Positions 62,825 through 64,000 of a DNA stretch of 64,000 nucleotides are shown one piece after another. Each line of letters begins with the position of its first letter. The stretch's first letter is position 1. Both the position numbers and the translations under genes were made by a program. Location: the NCBI RefSeq assembly GCF_006345805.1, contig NC_042998.1, forward strand, positions 99,014,001 through 99,078,000, given 5' to 3'. Below the pieces are notes generated by a model, which searched no databases, was not told the origin of the DNA, and saw only the letters and a list, made by a program, of their open reading frames with translations. This DNA is from Octopus sinensis. Lineage: Eukaryota.

Positions 62825-62920
62825 AGTAAAAGTTGTAGTAGTAGTAGTAGTAGTAGTAGTAGTATCAGCAGCAGCAACAACGACAGCGGCAGGAGTGGCA
62901 ACAGCAGTAGTAGCAACAGT
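62825..62920. repeat. (TAG)n/(CAG/CAA)-type trinucleotide repeat
   Basis: gtagtagtagtagtagtagtagtagtag followed by cagcagcagcaacaac; this produces the spurious poly-Leu ORF. Confidence 0.9.
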
Positions 62921-63637
62921 AGCTGCAGAAGTATTAATTATTTCTTTATGTGTTACAAATGTCTAAGAGCAGCACATAATAAACTTTATAAAACTATCTG
63001 CAAATACAGTTAGCACAATACAATTTAATAGCTTGGAAGTAGATAATAGATATAGCAAATAAATATTACATTGGGGAAAACCTGTATGCAAATATATATA
63101 TATATATATATGTGCATAAAGCTGATAGGTTTACATATGTATGTATTGATATATATATATATATACACGCACACACATGTACATACACACACATACATGC
63201 ATACACACACACACATATGATAGCATGATTCTTTCTTTATATTATTGCTTATGTCCTGCCTATTCAATTAAAGTATACATGGCTGTGTTGATAGAGGAGT
63301 ACTGGACAAATAGCTGAATGGTTGAGGAGTTTGTATTGTCAAAGGCACAACATATTGTCTACAGTCAATAATCTTCAATTTCCACAGCTGAGTCCATGTA
63401 ACTGTAAATAGGTACTACTACATTTTTGTTGTTGATGTTATTGTTGTTTAACCCTTGGTGTGCCCTGATGAAGAAGACCATCATACAATCATATTTGCCT
63501 TTTTACAAAGATTAGTGTATCTAGAACTCCATTATCTTTACCTTTTATCTTTTTCTTGTTTCAGTCATAGGACTGTGGTCATACTGGGGCACTACCTTGA
63601 AGAGTTAAGTCAAACAAATCAACTACAGTGTTTCATC

Positions 63638-64000
63638 ATCATCATCATCATCATCATTTAACGTCTGTTTTCCATGCTGGCATGGGTTGGCGTGTTTGAC
63701 CCAAACTGGCAAGCTGGAGACCTGCACCAGGTTCCACTCTGATTTAGCTTGGTTTCTACAGCTGGATGCTCTTTCTGATGCCAACCACTTTACAGTGTAC
63801 AATGGATGCTTTTAATGTGGCACTGATATAAGCACTTGTGCATGGCACTGGCACAAGTGCTTCTGATGAGGCATCAGCACAGGTCTCTTGCAGACCAATC
63901 CTCTTCACCAGGGAGGAATGGCCTTAACACTTCTGCTGTGGAGAGTGAATCTTCTTGATTACAGCTAAGCATCAGGTATCTCAGTCCTTTCCCATCTCAT
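63638..64000 (-). mobile_element. RTE LINE 3' tail
   Basis: (cat)n ttaacgtctgttttccatgctggcatgggttgg... Confidence 0.85.

Noticed and set aside
62701-62916. Poly-Leu ORF resembling a signal peptide
   Set aside because: Translation of a (TAG)n/(CAG)n trinucleotide repeat.
63461-63490. ctgatgaag motif as a second hammerhead
   Set aside because: No stem II and no downstream GAAA box; it belongs to a different SINE fragment.

Overview
AT-rich, repeat-dense eukaryotic DNA. The repeat families suggest a coleoid cephalopod (Octopus-like); this is an inference from recognising the repeats, not a database result. One host gene is supported: a + strand chloride intracellular channel (CLIC, GST-fold) gene. 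Three coding exons were found (35257-35598, 41704-41874, 48035-48535), all with AG/GT phase-0 junctions, encoding 337 aa. The protein has a CPLC motif and an unusual ~100-aa acidic C-terminal tail. The first coding exon was not found. The rest is intron or intergenic sequence containing RTE-type LINE fragments and tails, tRNA-derived SINEs, three mariner relics, a Tigger/pogo relic, TTAA-flanked MITEs, a non-autonomous Helitron, a Helentron-type short element, a decayed Chapaev3-like transposon and LTR-like elements. The most notable observations are: (1) a tRNA-headed SINE-like element carrying a degenerate minimal hammerhead ribozyme motif next to a head-to-head palindrome (~62.1-62.4 kb); (2) two diverged ~1 kb TG...CA elements, each with a CCAAT/TATA promoter, a 22-codon uORF and a second ORF; (3) the CLIC acidic tail; (4) a perfect 21-bp hairpin just inside a CLIC intron. 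No CRISPR array, rRNA or intact tRNA gene was seen.
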